DNA of 61,887 nucleotides from Cyanophyceae cyanobacterium (GTDB lineage: Bacteria > Cyanobacteriota > Cyanobacteriia > Cyanobacteriales > JAAUUE01): NCBI GenBank assembly GCA_038321825.1, contig JBBQFK010000002.1, forward strand, positions 1 to 61,887, read 5' to 3'. Every line of letters begins with the position of its first letter. Within the stretch, counting starts at the first letter, position 1. The notes under the pieces are model-generated. The model saw nothing but the letters and a program-made list of their open reading frames with translations, was not told where the DNA came from and made no database searches. Both the position numbers and the translations under genes were made by a program. Shown here in pieces: positions 60,300 to 61,887 of the stretch.

Positions 60300-61583
60300 C
60301 TAACTAATTTGTCTCTGATGCCAGCGAGCAATATAGTAACTAATCAACCCCATGGACAGAGCTGCAATTAATACAGGAATACCCAGAGCGATAAGCAAGG
60401 ATATGCCAGATAATTCAGAAAATACTATAAGGAAAGCTAAACATCCACCAAACCCAACTGCCCCTAAGCGATGGGGATAATATTTTTCTTTATGAGACAG
60501 AAAATAGGTAAATGCTACTGAAATTAACCCATTGACTAGTCCTAACAAAAATCCAGACATTCCCCCGTAGACACCCCCAATTATGGTGCCAATCCCCGGG
60601 GCAGAAGCTGTGCCAAAGATGCCACCATAGATAGCTCCGGTTAAGGTTCCTATGACGGTACTGCGCCAAAGAAAATTCCAGAATAGACGCTGTATGGTCA
60701 TGGGTACTTGGGGGGATAGGGGAGGGAGTTTTTGGTCAAGCTTAATTGGTTGATTTAATACTTGCTTGGCTGTGAGAGCTTGGGGAAAGCGGCGATCGAG
60801 GCTGGGGTGGGTAGCTTTTTGTAGCCACTTGGTCAGGCTAGAACTAAGGTCTGTAAACTGAGCGAACTGAATCTGTAAATCTCGTTGGGGCAGATCGGCA
60901 GGATGACTTCCGGTGATTAGTCTCAGGGCTGTGCAACCCAAACTATACAAATCCGAGGCAGGAACTGCGCTACCACCAAATTGCTCAGGCGGCATATAGC
61001 CATAGGTTCCTACCACGGTCATGGTTTGTCCGGCTCGTGTTGCCAAAGTTTGCACCGAGCCAAAATCTACGAGATAAACTTGACCAATGCTATGACCAGA
61101 GCGATCGCCCAAAAGGATATTACTCGGTTTAATATCTCGGTGAATTACTGGGGGGTGGCGATCGTGCAAATAGACCAAAATATCTAACAGGGCATTTAAC
61201 AATTCCCGAACTTCGGACTCCGTAAATATCCGTCCATCTGCTATATATTCAGCCAAAGATTTAGCAGGAATATAGTTCTGCACTAGAGCGATATTTTTAC
61301 CTTGAGCATCATCAATTTCAAAGCTATCGAGGTATTTAGGAATAGCCGGATGGTCAAGCGATCGCAGGGTCTGAATTTCTCGTTCAAACAGCCGTAAATC
61401 TTCCCACTGAAACTCATCGCTAAAGGTCAGGAGTTTAATTACTACTAATTCCTGCGTCTCCAAATCCTGTGCCAACACCGTTGTCCGCCCCGCCTTATTG
61501 CCCAAGGTTTGTTGATACTGGTATCGATCGCCCAACATCACCAACAAATCCCCCTCCTGTTCCCCAAAATTCCCATCATCCAT
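60300..61583 (-). CDS. Ser/Thr protein kinase with a glycine-zipper membrane C-terminus
   Basis: 427 aa. Its kinase core is paralogous to the upstream kinase (HRDIKPSNILL, DFGS, GTYGYMPPEQ). The C-terminus is a Gly-rich TM region. Confidence 0.9.
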   Translation of the reverse strand: MDDGNFGEQEGDLLVMLGDRYQYQQTLGNKAGRTTVLAQDLETQELVVIKLLTFSDEFQWEDLRLFEREIQTLRSLDHPAIPKYLDSFEIDDAQGKNIALVQNYIPAKSLAEYIADGRIFTESEVRELLNALLDILVYLHDRHPPVIHRDIKPSNILLGDRSGHSIGQVYLVDFGSVQTLATRAGQTMTVVGTYGYMPPEQFGGSAVPASDLYSLGCTALRLITGSHPADLPQRDLQIQFAQFTDLSSSLTKWLQKATHPSLDRRFPQALTAKQVLNQPIKLDQKLPPLSPQVPMTIQRLFWNFLWRSTVIGTLTGAIYGGIFGTASAPGIGTIIGGVYGGMSGFLLGLVNGLISVAFTYFLSHKEKYYPHRLGAVGFGGCLAFLIVFSELSGISLLIALGIPVLIAALSMGLISYYIARWHQRQIS

Positions 61584-61661
61584 ACAAAATTAAAGTTGAT
61601 AGTTCTAGATTTCCCAATTTTCCACTAAAATCTCCATAACCGCCACTTTTTGTAAAGCTAA

Positions 61662-61817
61662 TCAAGCCCTGCTGCCAGTACATGAACCTTTAATAACTCC
61701 GGCACTATCGATCAACACTAATTTATGGACAACTTCGGGATAGGTAAGGGTGAAGTCGATCGCCGCTGCCCCACCCATGGAAGCTCCCACAAGAATAGAT
61801 AAATTATGATACAAAAC
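61662..61817 (-). pseudogene. Alpha/beta-hydrolase remnant
   Basis: A short minus-strand ORF translates to ...LSILVGASMGGAAAIDFTLTYPEVVHKLVLIDSAG..., which contains the GxSxG nucleophile elbow. It is bounded by stops on both sides, leaving about 51 codons. Confidence 0.5.
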
Positions 61818-61887
61818 TTAGAAGGAATTGATTATTCTGAAACTAAATAGCATCAAATAATTAGGAATTTTGAGTTTTCCTTTGGGG

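Overview
This is a chromosomal segment of a cyanobacterium. The evidence is the split rpoC1/rpoC2 downstream of rpoB, the genes ndhM, petE, petF, gap2 and a ycf49-like gene, very dense HIP1-type GCGATCGC/CGATCG palindromes, and STRR-like short tandem repeats. Most of the window is core genome: the rpoB-rpoC1-rpoC2 operon, tatD, a leuD-like gene, ndhM, ferredoxin, plastocyanin, nagA, moaC, tRNA-Arg(ACG), gap2, a group-2 sigma factor, priA, crtW, deoC, cobS, dacB, GST, thrB, and rpsU (too short for the ORF track). Signalling genes are a response regulator-GAF-GGDEF protein, a CheY-like regulator, two tandem Ser/Thr kinases, and a bacteriophytochrome-PAS-GGDEF-EAL gene that is broken by a 1-nt frameshift. 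The strongest candidate for a poorly described system is an AT-rich, CGATCG-free two-gene cassette at 40172-41939. It encodes a small ABC-type ATPase translationally coupled to a TOPRIM-like (DUF4276-like) protein and sits between native genes. Its architecture resembles split OLD/PARIS/AbiL-type defence modules. Other notable items are listed below.
- A cobalamin riboswitch (minus strand, about 16.2-16.4 kb) lies upstream of a DUF1636 gene.
- A stand-alone photolyase FAD-domain protein has a four-cysteine pattern like that of Fe-S photolyases.
- A small toxin-antitoxin islet at 56.9-58.2 kb holds a yoeB with an in-frame TGA at a conserved Trp, a chimeric antitoxin, and a 60-bp promoter repeat spaced exactly 600 bp apart.
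- There are two families of MITE-like dispersed repeats.
- In-frame 9-/12-bp tandem arrays are embedded in conserved genes, including priA.

All family assignments come from motif recognition by eye and need HMM or BLAST confirmation.
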